Shown piece by piece: positions 48,387 through 57,150 of a stretch of 64,000 nucleotides of DNA. Origin of the DNA: Candidatus Nanohalarchaeota archaeon. GTDB lineage: Archaea; Nanohalarchaeota; Nanosalinia; Nanosalinales; Nanosalinaceae. Position 1 is the stretch's first letter, and every line of letters begins with the position of its first letter. The position numbers and the translations under genes were made by a program. A model generated the notes under the pieces. That model saw only the letters and a program-made list of their open reading frames with translations, did not search any database and had not been told where the DNA came from. The stretch covers positions 672,001 to 736,000 of the forward strand of contig JALDAJ010000001.1 of assembly GCA_022729235.1 (NCBI GenBank). The letters run 5' to 3'.

Positions 48387-48497
48387 ATGTCCGAGCTACT
48401 GCAGTTTTTACCCACTAGCAAAGGGGAAGGAGTCCTGTTCTTCGCATTTCTCTACCTGGTTTACATGGCAGGAAAGAAGATAAGAGACAGGTTCTAG
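48387..48497 (+). CDS. Putative 36-aa single-TM peptide
   Basis: MSELLQFLPTSKGEGVLFFAFLYLVYMAGKKIRDRF*. Confidence 0.4.
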   Translation: MSELLQFLPTSKGEGVLFFAFLYLVYMAGKKIRDRF

Positions 48498-48508
48498 GAC
48501 CATGATTA

Positions 48509-49135
48509 TCAAGTCTCACGCTCCGGCTTCCCGTCTTCATCATCTTCTTCTCCAAAGCCCGCACTGAACGTCCTCTTCAGTATTTTCTCCCGCGGTTCAT
48601 CGGGTTCGAAGAACTTCTCGTCTTCCACCTCTATTACGTGACCTGACGCGACATTAGGCGAGGTCGGTAGGAAGAGGACTTCACGACCGTCCTCCGCGGT
48701 GTTGCCTGTCCTGTACGCGGTAAGTCTTGTACCATCAAAGTCCAGTTTCACAGGGTCTGTCAACCTGTCACTGCCGTGGAAGAGAGTGTCTGAAGCTGCT
48801 TTCGTGAGGCTGTAAACCCTGCCCAGCAACGGAACCCTGTCCATCGACCGGTCCAGCGCCTTCTCCGCCCTCAAACCCGGCGAGGTACCGGTCAGAAAGC
48901 CCGTTAAAGCCACCAGCAGAGCTCCCCCGAAAAGGAATACCGCGAGCTGTAAAGCTCTGTTAACAGGGTCGTACGCGGTGACTTCAAGGAGAGCCATCCC
49001 CGGTATCGCCTCTATACGCTGCACCAGCCAGAATATGACGTAGAGCGTTACCAGGATCGGCGCCAGAACGACAGCTCCGCGGGTAACGAAACGCCTGTCT
49101 AACCAGCCTCCGTTTCCAGAGTCGCCTTCAGCCAT
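48509..49135 (-). CDS. DUF502 membrane protein
   Basis: FVTRG...P...T, RVPLLGRVY, FLPTSPN..SG. Confidence 0.85.
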   Translation of the reverse strand: MAEGDSGNGGWLDRRFVTRGAVVLAPILVTLYVIFWLVQRIEAIPGMALLEVTAYDPVNRALQLAVFLFGGALLVALTGFLTGTSPGLRAEKALDRSMDRVPLLGRVYSLTKAASDTLFHGSDRLTDPVKLDFDGTRLTAYRTGNTAEDGREVLFLPTSPNVASGHVIEVEDEKFFEPDEPREKILKRTFSAGFGEEDDEDGKPERET

Positions 49136-49239
49136 ATGTGCTTCTATAGCTGAAAAACAGTGAGTATTACGGTGGCGAAGCATAACTGTCCGTGACTATC
49201 AACCAAACTCTACTAAATGATTGCGGAGAAAACGGTGTT

Positions 49240-49329
49240 ATGGTAGAATTCGAGACACGCATATTCGAAAGGAATATGCTTCGATTGAATTCTATCGAAC
49301 AACGTGATAAAAATGGTAGAATTCGAGAC
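49240..49329. repeat. 17-bp direct repeat of a gene start flanking hairpins
   Basis: ATGGTAGAATTCGAGAC at 49240-49256 and 49313-49329. Confidence 0.9.
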
Positions 49330-49588
49330 TATTGAGAAGGAAAGACAGGACTACGGAAACTTCCCTGGAGAAAAATTCATCGAGGTGTCCCGGAACAAAG
49401 CTATACAGGATGACGGCACTGAAAACTCGTTCATACAGATCTCCACCGGGTATTACGATGAGGTGGGAGACGCCGGGTACAAGAAAAGGTTCACCGTACC
49501 GACCGACGAAAAAGCAGTCGAACACATAGTGGAAAAACTACCGGAAATCTTCGAAAAAGAACAGGAAGCACGGGAAGAAGCAGAATAG
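49313..49588 (+). CDS. Conserved small archaeal protein (possibly PC4/Pur-like nucleic-acid binder)
   Basis: MVEFETI...FIEVSR...FIQIS.GY...FTVP; the fold assignment is inference. Confidence 0.65.
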   Translation: MVEFETIEKERQDYGNFPGEKFIEVSRNKAIQDDGTENSFIQISTGYYDEVGDAGYKKRFTVPTDEKAVEHIVEKLPEIFEKEQEAREEAE

Positions 49589-49784
49589 GGCTTGAAGACA
49601 GGAAAAATAGGCTCATAAAGAGCCGGGATCAACAAGTCCCGGAACTCCTAGAAAGCTTCAGAGAAGCTTTCCTGAGCAGGGTCTCGGATACATCTCACAA
49701 ATGCATCGACGACCTTACCATAAACAACCGACTACAACCTTAAATAACAAGCCAGGGACTAGGTCCGTACACAGATAATAGGCT

Positions 49785-49952
49785 AGCCCCCGGTGGGATT
49801 TGAACCCACGGCTTATCCCTAGCTTGCTTCGCGCTTTTTATCCGGCATCCTGTTGGAAGCCGGACTCGAAACTCTGCGAGTTTCTGCGCCTCGCAACTTG
49901 TGAGTTGCTCGGTTACAAGGGGATCGCTCTAGCCAGACTGAGCCACGGAGGC
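49785..49952 (-). tRNA. tRNA-Thr(TGT) with 93-nt intron (49821-49913) at 37/38
   Basis: GCCTCCG acceptor; ATCCC-CT-TGT-A[intron]A-GGGAT; CTTG/CAAG BHB central helix. Confidence 0.9.
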
Positions 49953-50186
49953 GTCGATGTCTGATAGAGAATCTGGTTCTGTTAACAGTTAAATACTTGG
50001 TTGGCTGCTATGTCTCATAGAATTATTGCTCAGTCTTCTCTTTCCTTTTCTACAAGGTCTTTTATCTTCATGAGGAGGTAGAAGATGAGGAGGTATCTCC
50101 AGTATTTCCTAAGTGTTCTCCTTACGCCCATGCCGGTTAAAGAACCGTCACAGTTTATCAGGACTGCTTCATTCCTGTGAAGAGAT

Positions 50187-50483
50187 TTATTCTGTCACGT
50201 CGCTTGGATCGGGCGCCCTGTTCTTGACCTCTTTCTTCGCTGCATCCTTGATTCTTTTGATATTGCTGCTTCTTTCGCATTCCGGGCATTCGATCCACCA
50301 TGGCCGAGAACCTAGTTCTTCGCTTCTTTCGAATTCGTGTCCGCAGAACGGGCAGGTCATCTGGTAGTGGAATGTCTCGTTGTCGTATGAGAACATCTTG
50401 ATCTGCCCTGTTTCCTCGCCGTCATCGTTTTCCAGTTTGCGGTTGGTAACGTACTCGGCTTTATCGTAGTCGATCTCTTTCAT
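50187..50483 (-). CDS. Zinc-ribbon protein
   Basis: CPFC...CPEC. Confidence 0.8.
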   Translation of the reverse strand: MKEIDYDKAEYVTNRKLENDDGEETGQIKMFSYDNETFHYQMTCPFCGHEFERSEELGSRPWWIECPECERSSNIKRIKDAAKKEVKNRAPDPSDVTE

Positions 50484-50528
50484 CTTTCTATCAATACCTT
50501 GACAACTGTAAGTTTTAAGTTTTTGATT

Positions 50529-51008
50529 TCAGCCCACCATTTTACGGTATACGGGTTCTACGTCTTCCTCATCCAGGTCTATCTCTGTCTTTTCAAGTCC
50601 TTCCGCATCAAACAGGGCTTTCCCTATCTCCAGAAAGTCTTTTGGTTCATCGAACTTGAGATGCTTGATGTCCGGGTTGTACCGTTTCAGATTCCTGTAA
50701 TCCCATTCTCGTTCCGTGTTCAGGATGCGCAGGTCGTACCCCATGACTGTTGCGAGAAACGCCCGAGCCGCGTCCTCCTTCGATTCAATCCGCGCGTAAG
50801 CCTGCTCGTCCACAGGGCTTCCGTTCAACCCCTCTCGTTCTTCTCCATTGACTTTGTAGATCTCCACCCCAGGAGTTCTGCCCAGGATTTCGGGGTCGTC
50901 TGTCTCCACCACGAGTTTTCCCGAGTCTTCCCGGATATCCTCGACTTTCTTTTCAAGGTTCTCTTTGAGTTTCTCGATTTTCTCTGTAGGCGTAACCTCG
51001 ATTTCCAT
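50529..51008 (-). CDS. Hypothetical protein
   Basis: Acidic ORF with typical composition. Confidence 0.7.
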   Translation of the reverse strand: MEIEVTPTEKIEKLKENLEKKVEDIREDSGKLVVETDDPEILGRTPGVEIYKVNGEEREGLNGSPVDEQAYARIESKEDAARAFLATVMGYDLRILNTEREWDYRNLKRYNPDIKHLKFDEPKDFLEIGKALFDAEGLEKTEIDLDEEDVEPVYRKMVG

Positions 51009-51062
51009 ATGATTTGTTACTTGCAAGGAAAGCTTTTATGTAACGGCTCTAAACGCGTTAAC

Positions 51063-51473
51063 ATGAAGCTGTTCGACAGGATATCCGAGGACGGGGAGGA
51101 GGTAGAAATTGAATCCTCTGCGGCGATAGAGGAAAGCAGTAGTTCACAGGAGGAAAGTCGTTTGAGGAGAGAGGTCGAGGACGAAGTCGTGGACGGGTCA
51201 GGTTCTACCGGTACAGGTTCTTCCAGCTCTTCAGACTCCAGTTTGCCGGGTGTGAGTTACGGTGATTCAGGTTCTTCAAGCAGTTCGTCTTCCCGTTCTA
51301 CTAAGTCTAGCTCCTCATCAACTTCCAGCTCGCTTCCAGGGATGTCGAGCGGAGGCTCAACTACGTCTTCCCACAGTATTGACCTGGAGGATGTACATGA
51401 ACAGAATAAGGAGATAATAGAACTACTTAAAGACATAAAGTCCGAGGTAGGTGGTAACGATAAGCTACTTTGA
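51063..51473 (+). CDS. Ser-rich low-complexity protein
   Basis: Start at ATG 51063; Ser tracts; C-terminal EQNKEIIELL helix. Confidence 0.7.
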   Translation: MKLFDRISEDGEEVEIESSAAIEESSSSQEESRLRREVEDEVVDGSGSTGTGSSSSSDSSLPGVSYGDSGSSSSSSSRSTKSSSSSTSSSLPGMSSGGSTTSSHSIDLEDVHEQNKEIIELLKDIKSEVGGNDKLL

Positions 51474-52005
51474 TAACGTGAAGGATTCTGTGAAGGACAA
51501 GGATTCACGAGACAAGGCCAACTTCGAGACCCTGAGGAAGGCGGCTGAAGAATCATCGGAGAGCCCTGAAAACAAGGAAGGTGATGATACCGGTATAGAA
51601 GTCCTGGAGGAAGGGCTTTCCAAGGAAGCGCCTGGGAAAACGCAGAAGGAGAAAAAGCGGGAGCAGAGGAATCAGCAGGGTGATGGGGAGGAAGATGTCA
51701 ACGATTCCGGGAACCTGTTACCTTCCAGCTCAAGCGGTAGCTCTTCCACGGCTTCGAAAACAGGTAGTTCAGAAGCGGGTTCGATGTCCGGTTCCGGTGG
51801 TTCTTCCAGCTCAGGCATCGGTTCTTCAGGCAGTTCTCCTGGAGGTTCTGCAGTCGACCAGATGTCCGGTAACAAGCCGGGTAAAAGTTCTGGAACCAGC
51901 AATGACTCTTCTAGTGAGAACAGTTCCTCTCTAGAGGAGAAGCTTGACACCATCATCGAGCAGAACGAAAGGATGATAAGGATACTTGAGAGCTTCGGGA
52001 GCTAG
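51451..52005 (+). CDS. Ser/Gly-rich low-complexity protein
   Basis: Ser/Gly tracts; C-terminal EQNERMIRIL helix. Confidence 0.7.
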   Translation: MVTISYFDNVKDSVKDKDSRDKANFETLRKAAEESSESPENKEGDDTGIEVLEEGLSKEAPGKTQKEKKREQRNQQGDGEEDVNDSGNLLPSSSSGSSSTASKTGSSEAGSMSGSGGSSSSGIGSSGSSPGGSAVDQMSGNKPGKSSGTSNDSSSENSSSLEEKLDTIIEQNERMIRILESFGS

Positions 52006-52015
52006 CCTAAGTTTT

Positions 52016-52291
52016 CTAGACTACCTTGACAGGTATCTTTCTGCGTCCTTCGTCGGTGCTCTCCATTTCTTCGAGTAAGCTGATTTCAAGTTCGAGCTGT
52101 TTCCGTGTGTTGGATTCGAAGAACTCCATCTCCAGCTGGTTGTCCTTGTTTGGTTCGATTTCGACTTCTTCTCTTCCTTTAAAGGAGAGTCCTACCTCGC
52201 CTTCTCTTATCTTTTCTGCAAAGTTTTCAAGGAAGTTAGCAAGTTCTTCATTGTTGAATTCGAAGTCGAGTTCTACTTCTTCGGTTGACAT
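52016..52291 (-). CDS. Amphi-Trp-like domain protein
   Basis: ELANFLENFAEKI..G...LELEI. Confidence 0.7.
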   Translation of the reverse strand: MSTEEVELDFEFNNEELANFLENFAEKIREGEVGLSFKGREEVEIEPNKDNQLEMEFFESNTRKQLELEISLLEEMESTDEGRRKIPVKVV

Positions 52292-52333
52292 ATATTGAAT
52301 CTTCTCGTGGGAACTGTTTTATTTTTTAAGGTC

Positions 52334-52612
52334 TTATTCTCCGTCTTCACCGGTTTTCTGTTCCAGCTTCCTTGCGAGGAAGTGGTCTTTCTCTTCGAGT
52401 TCTCTTATCGACTCGATTGCGAACAGGTAACCTGTACCTATCATCACCAGTCCGAGAACTGCGGGAGCCAGGTCAATCAGACCTACTAGCGGTAGTATGT
52501 TGGATATAACGAGTAGTACTCCCAGCGTGAACAGGGCGAAAGATACTGCTATCTCCTGGTTTATGCTCATCTTTTTGAGTCCGAATCGGTCTTTTTCTGT
52601 CATTCGAATCAC
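52334..52612 (-). CDS. Small membrane protein in the oap operon
   Basis: Two TM segments, directly downstream of oapC. Confidence 0.7.
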   Translation of the reverse strand: MIRMTEKDRFGLKKMSINQEIAVSFALFTLGVLLVISNILPLVGLIDLAPAVLGLVMIGTGYLFAIESIRELEEKDHFLARKLEQKTGEDGE

Positions 52613-52620
52613 CGAGAGCG

Positions 52621-53004
52621 TTATTCTAGCTCCTCTAGGTCGAGATTAGCATCTTCCGGGTTGAATGCGGAAGGTAGCTGTATGTAGTAGTTTCCTTCTT
52701 CCCTCCTTATAACTAATGGTATTTCTTTGAGTAGGCGGGAGATGTTTATCTGGTATACGCCTTCTTCCTTGATGCTTATCGAGTCAAGGTCGAACTCGAA
52801 CTTGATATTGGCTCTTTCTTCTACTCCTTCCTTCGCCATCTCCCTGATTTCGGAAGTGACCTCTTCTTTTTCTTCCTGCGACATCTCTTCTGTCTCCCCA
52901 TCTTTCTCGTACATAAAGAGCGAGGAGCCGCAGTCGCAGCCGCTTATCAGTTCATCGCTCCCGTCATCATACATCTCTCCGCAGTTCATACATCTATGGG
53001 GCAT
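52621..53004 (-). CDS. oapC: OapC zinc-ribbon protein (DUF2072)
   Basis: MPHRCMNCG...SGCDCGS..F; ESI/DSI...G.Y.I. Confidence 0.88.
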   Translation of the reverse strand: MPHRCMNCGEMYDDGSDELISGCDCGSSLFMYEKDGETEEMSQEEKEEVTSEIREMAKEGVEERANIKFEFDLDSISIKEEGVYQINISRLLKEIPLVIRREEGNYYIQLPSAFNPEDANLDLEELE

Positions 53005-53008
53005 GATT

Positions 53009-53392
53009 TCACTCCTCCATCTTTGCCAGGAATGAAACGGTATCTGGTTCTTCCTTGATTTTTTCCATGACGCGGGAGTTGCCTACTATCGTTAATCCCT
53101 GTCGGTACTGCTCGTTGAGAACTCTCTTGTAGAGGATGCTTTTTGCCTTTTCAATCCTGGAATCGCCTCCATCGAACCCCATGAATTCCACGCCCGGGAA
53201 ATCCTCGTCTGCCTTTTCTACAGAGTTCTCGATAAGTTTTCGTTTTTCTTCCGGAGTCCATCCTTCTTCGAGTACCAGCACGGAGTTGTCTTTAACCTTC
53301 TCAAGAACAAATTCCAGCTTGTCTGTGAAGGCTTTCTCGTCTGAAAGCCTCTCCTTCGAGAGAAATTCTATTGTGACCCCGTCATCTGTCAT
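53009..53392 (-). CDS. oapB: OapB (DUF2073)
   Basis: VLVLEEGWTPEE, FPGVE, LTIVG. Confidence 0.88.
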   Translation of the reverse strand: MTDDGVTIEFLSKERLSDEKAFTDKLEFVLEKVKDNSVLVLEEGWTPEEKRKLIENSVEKADEDFPGVEFMGFDGGDSRIEKAKSILYKRVLNEQYRQGLTIVGNSRVMEKIKEEPDTVSFLAKMEE

Positions 53393-54019
53393 CTAACTCA
53401 ACCTTTCGACTATTTCCTCATAAAGTTTGTCAATATTATTGCCTTCTTTCGCAGATATCTCTATTACAGGGTGCTGCGGGAAAGCATCGCGCACTCTTTG
53501 TGCATCTGCTTCTTCGAGGTCTATCTTGTTCGCTACCACCAGTATAGGTATGTCCTTTGCCTCCAGGTTACCGATAATTGTGACGTTAACCTGGGTGTAC
53601 GGATCCTCTGTAGCATCAAAAATCACCAGGCACGCGTCCACGTTGTCAAGGTACTTTATCGCCTCAACGATTCCTTTCGTTGCCTCTTTGGCGCGACCCT
53701 TCGCATCGTCCTCCTCTATACCGTGTTCAGTGAAATCCTTGAAGTCTACATTCGTTGAAATACCAGGCATGTCAAGCAGGTTCATCTCCACCGATTGACC
53801 ATCTGCCTCTATCTCGACTTTTTCTTTTTTCTCTACGATACGGGTCTCGTGAGGTACCTCGGAAACATTACTCATCTCTTCCCCGGTTATATCAAGAGAT
53901 ATCTGGTTCGCGAGAGTAGACTTTCCGGCGTTAGGAGGGCCATATATGCCTATAGAGAGGTCATCTTTTTCCGAATCACTGAAGAGACTGTTGAGAAGTT
54001 CCCTGAGCCTTTTGATCAT
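53393..54019 (-). CDS. oapA: Era-like GTPase OapA
   Basis: GIYGPPNAGKSTLAN, PHETR, DMPG, ANKID. Confidence 0.92.
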   Translation of the reverse strand: MIKRLRELLNSLFSDSEKDDLSIGIYGPPNAGKSTLANQISLDITGEEMSNVSEVPHETRIVEKKEKVEIEADGQSVEMNLLDMPGISTNVDFKDFTEHGIEEDDAKGRAKEATKGIVEAIKYLDNVDACLVIFDATEDPYTQVNVTIIGNLEAKDIPILVVANKIDLEEADAQRVRDAFPQHPVIEISAKEGNNIDKLYEEIVERLS

Positions 54020-54118
54020 TTTGACACCAGCTAATGGTAAATCAGGTCTTTAAGTATAAAAACTATTTCCTCTCTTTCACCCGGGAATAATAAAGAAATG
54101 ACACCTAAAAATGGCAAC

Positions 54119-54556
54119 ATGAAGACTGAAAAAGGCGTGATAATTGTCGCGTACAAGCGGAAGAACGCTCCCCGCTACGTTGTCCTTAAGAGGAAGAAGA
54201 ACTGGGAAGGCTGGGAAACTCCTAAAGGACACCTGGAGGATGAGGGCTACGAGGAAACGGTTAAGGAGGAGATGCAGGAGGAGGCAGGCATCTCTGGGGA
54301 CGAGATACTCGCTATAGAGGATATGGAGGAGACAGTCTTGTGGGAGTACAGTCAGGATGGTGAAGATTTCCGGAAAGAGTACCGTGCATTTCTAGTAGAA
54401 GTAGATGAGGGCGCACATGTTGATGTGTCGAGAAATCCCTGCGATGAGCACGAACACGGCTACTTCTTCAGTTTCCGTGACGCCAGCGAGATGGTGACTC
54501 ATGATAACAACCGCGAGCTACTGGAGAAGGCTCATGAGATGGTAACTGGAGAGTGA
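54119..54556 (+). CDS. NUDIX hydrolase (Ap4A hydrolase-like)
   Basis: WETPKGHLE...EEMQEEAGI. Confidence 0.85.
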   Translation: MKTEKGVIIVAYKRKNAPRYVVLKRKKNWEGWETPKGHLEDEGYEETVKEEMQEEAGISGDEILAIEDMEETVLWEYSQDGEDFRKEYRAFLVEVDEGAHVDVSRNPCDEHEHGYFFSFRDASEMVTHDNNRELLEKAHEMVTGE

Positions 54557-54594
54557 GCTGAACCGATTTAAACATGGCGTGTATTCTAACAGGT

Positions 54595-54846
54595 ATGACA
54601 CAGCCAGACGAGATGCTGGAAATTTACCAGTTTGAAGGATGTCCTTACTGCTCAAAAGTCAGACAGAAGATGACCGAACTAGGTCTCGACTTCATCGCGA
54701 AGAGTGTTGATCCTCACGGTGACAGGCAGCGTGTAAAAGAGGTCAGTGATCAGACAGGTGTCCCTGTCCTCGTAGACCCGAACACCGATACAGTCATGCC
54801 AGAGAGCGACGACATCGTGGAGTATCTGGAAAAACAGTACGAATAA
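54595..54846 (+). CDS. Glutaredoxin/GST-N-like protein
   Basis: GCPYCSKV, VPVLVD, ESDDIVEYL. Confidence 0.9.
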   Translation: MTQPDEMLEIYQFEGCPYCSKVRQKMTELGLDFIAKSVDPHGDRQRVKEVSDQTGVPVLVDPNTDTVMPESDDIVEYLEKQYE

Positions 54847-54877
54847 CTTTTAATTTCTTATTCCGCAGTAGCAACGT

Positions 54878-55324
54878 ATGCCTGATAGTAGACTCTTGAA
54901 AGAACTCGATATCTCTCCGGCTGAACTGGCTGAGATGACAGAAAGCGAATATCGGAACACTCTTCTTAGACATGATTATCCTTTAACCGAGCCTGTAATA
55001 GTATCTGTTGAGGACTCTATAGCAAGGGAAAGAGAGAAGCTTGAAAGTTTTTGTGCGCCGTATTCAGGTGCGGAAAAATGGCTTTGGATAGGTGAAGAGA
55101 TACTTCCTCGCTGGGCAGAAGTTCTCTCCGAACTCGATGAAAGAGTAAATTACGCGGATTCAAGTGGACTAGAGACAGAATACAAAGGAGTATTGTCCCC
55201 GCGGCTCAAGAAGGCTACAGGACTGATGAAGCGTCTGGAGGCAAATCCGGTAGACTATGATATATCGGAGTTTGTGGATAGACTCCGTGGAATGGAAAAC
55301 ACATATGAAAGGAAATTAAAGTAG
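54878..55324 (+). CDS. Hypothetical protein
   Basis: 148-aa ATG ORF. Confidence 0.6.
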   Translation: MPDSRLLKELDISPAELAEMTESEYRNTLLRHDYPLTEPVIVSVEDSIAREREKLESFCAPYSGAEKWLWIGEEILPRWAEVLSELDERVNYADSSGLETEYKGVLSPRLKKATGLMKRLEANPVDYDISEFVDRLRGMENTYERKLK

Positions 55325-55351
55325 TTCTGTCTCTACTGAAGGACTTGGAAA

Positions 55352-55487
55352 TGGACCGGCCCAGATTTGAACTGGGGATCTCCACCTGTCTGAATTCCTC
55401 CGCATAGCGGAGATTTCAGATAATAGAAGCTGGTTAAGGCTTCGAGTCTATCAGGGTGGTGCTATAACCAAGCTAAGCCACCGGTCC
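55352..55487 (-). tRNA. tRNA-Ile(GAT) with 61-nt intron (55388-55448) at 37/38
   Basis: GGACCGG acceptor; CCACC-CT-GAT-A[intron]A-GGTGG; CTGA/TCAG BHB helix. Confidence 0.9.
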
Positions 55488-55582
55488 GTGCTAGCTAGTA
55501 ATAGTTGAATGCTTGGAAAGTATTTTTAATGCATTGGCAGAGAGTCCGTGATTTTTATTTGAGGATTTAAAATACTGTTTCT

Positions 55583-56053
55583 GTGGGACTTGAAGAATTA
55601 GAAGAAGATATCAGGCAACTTGAGCAGGATCTTGAAAGTCTTGTTCCCCAGAAGAAGGCAGCTTCGGCTAAACTGTTTCTAGATCAGTTCATGCCTCTCG
55701 CTATACTGATGCTAACTTTGATGATTGCCTTCCATATTTTCATCCCAGTAAGCGATAGCATGGCTGTCGCTGTCAGCTACATGAACGTGGCTATCCTGTT
55801 CTTCTTCAGCGCCCGGTTCACGCTTGCTTTCATGCTGGCGGATTCGCATAAAGGATTCCTCCGTGAACACTGGTTTGACGCGCTGCTTGTTCTACCAGCT
55901 TTTGCATTAGTCAAGGATATACGTCTGCTGCTTGCCCTAGAGTCCAGGACAGAGGAACGCGCTGTTATAGGCACTATTTTCGCGAGGAATACGACGGTTG
56001 CCAGCCAGTTAACCAAGATAATTACCTGGATCAGAAGAATTCTCAGGTTCTAA
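55583..56053 (+). CDS. Membrane protein (ion-channel S1-S4-like)
   Basis: TM helices, FLREHWFDALLVLP. Confidence 0.6.
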   Translation: MGLEELEEDIRQLEQDLESLVPQKKAASAKLFLDQFMPLAILMLTLMIAFHIFIPVSDSMAVAVSYMNVAILFFFSARFTLAFMLADSHKGFLREHWFDALLVLPAFALVKDIRLLLALESRTEERAVIGTIFARNTTVASQLTKIITWIRRILRF

Positions 56054-56056
56054 AAA

Positions 56057-56240
56057 CATATCTCTGATATGGGTCCAACGGGATTTGAGACGAAAACAAG
56101 TTTTCTTAGTCAAATCACGTTTAACCAGCACGAAGTGATGGGCCCAACGGGATTTGAATTCGAAGAAGCAAGTTCTTCTGCAATCAAATCCCGGGAGAAA
56201 GCATATCTTTGATATGGGCCCAACGGGATTTGAACCCGCG
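56057..56240. repeat. Tandem copies of the tRNA-Lys 3' end separated by unique hairpins
   Basis: ATGGG(T/C)CCAACGGGATTTGA at 56069, 56138 and 56214. Confidence 0.92.
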
Positions 56241-56349
56241 ACGCCCGGCTTTCTTTGAAGCTTGGCTGACGCCTTGCTTCTAGGTCCTCGTCCCTTGCGG
56301 GACTTGAGGCTTAAAAGGCCGGTGCTCTGCCAGACTGAGCTATGGGCCC
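56215..56349 (-). tRNA. tRNA-Lys(TTT) with 61-nt intron (56251-56311) at 37/38
   Basis: GGGCCCA acceptor; CCGGC-CT-TTT-A[intron]A-GCCGG; CTTT/AAAG BHB helix. Confidence 0.9.
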
Positions 56350-56402
56350 ATGCGTATGGGTAATTGTTGTAGAATACCTGAGGTTTTTATACTGTCCGCC
56401 GA

Positions 56403-56618
56403 TTACACGGTTTCCTGTTCGAAGTCGCCGTACTGGATGTTCTGTATCGCGTGGTACGGGATGAACATGTGTTCGGACTGCACTTCCTGTACAAGTTCTT
56501 CTTCGTTGAATATCCAGGGGTTTTCGATTTCCACTCCGTTATCTACTCTATCTACCTGGTCTTCGTCTTCCAGGAGGAAGTCTCCGGCATCTGTTAGAAC
56601 TATGGCTGAGAATTTCAT
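56403..56618 (-). CDS. Small hypothetical protein
   Basis: 71 aa, operonic with rpl37e; FIPY.AIQNI. Confidence 0.65.
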   Translation of the reverse strand: MKFSAIVLTDAGDFLLEDEDQVDRVDNGVEIENPWIFNEEELVQEVQSEHMFIPYHAIQNIQYGDFEQETV

Positions 56619-56627
56619 GTCGGATAT

Positions 56628-56780
56628 TTACGGCGATGCTTCGTCGAAGTCCTCACGTTTGGAGGTCTTCCCGAATCCGCAGGATGCGCACACTTTCTTT
56701 GTGAGGTGGTATGCTTTCTTTCCGCAGCGTCTGCATTTGCCGTGGGTTTTCTTGTTTCCGACTCCAAGTTCTGATGCCAT
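56628..56780 (-). CDS. rpl37e: 50S ribosomal protein L37e
   Basis: Manual translation [42 protein letters not shown]; canonical position after Sm. Confidence 0.95.
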   Translation of the reverse strand: MASELGVGNKKTHGKCRRCGKKAYHLTKKVCASCGFGKTSKREDFDEASP

Positions 56781-56799
56781 TGTTAGTCACCTGTGAGGT

Positions 56800-57033
56800 T
56801 TATTCCGGGCTGACCACGATGACATTGTCTCCACGTACAAGCAGCTTACCGTAGTCTGTTCTGCCGTCATCGTTGTTCCTTGAGGCGTTTTCAAGCCACA
56901 TGTTGAGGTGGAGGTCGAAAGCTCTGAGTTTTCCTGTAACTGTTGAACCGTCCTTGAGTTCTGCTATTACTTGGTCGCCTTTCGCCCTGTCTAGGACGTC
57001 TAGTGGTCTTGTACCGTCATCGTTGTTTCCCAT
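56800..57033 (-). CDS. Sm/Lsm protein
   Basis: RPLDVL, GKLRAFDLHLN, VRGDNV. Confidence 0.95.
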   Translation of the reverse strand: MGNNDDGTRPLDVLDRAKGDQVIAELKDGSTVTGKLRAFDLHLNMWLENASRNNDDGRTDYGKLLVRGDNVIVVSPE

Positions 57034-57150
57034 AGAAAATACACCTGTATCCTCGGTTTCCGGAACAACTTATATAAACCTACTGAGAGTCCTCGAGAGA
57101 GGAGGGTGGGCGAGCGACTTTTTATAAAGTTTAGAGGTGATTCACGGTTT

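Noticed and set aside
50499-51062. N-terminal half of the 324-aa ORF 50499-51473
   Set aside because: It is antisense to the real gene 50529-51008; the plausible start is ATG 51063.
56057-56240. CRISPR array
   Set aside because: The repeat is the tRNA-Lys 3' end, there are only three copies, the spacers are self-complementary, and no cas genes are in the window.
28465-56349. Integrated provirus at the tRNA repeats
   Set aside because: No integrase or viral genes are visible, and the duplicated ends are only about 70 bp apart.
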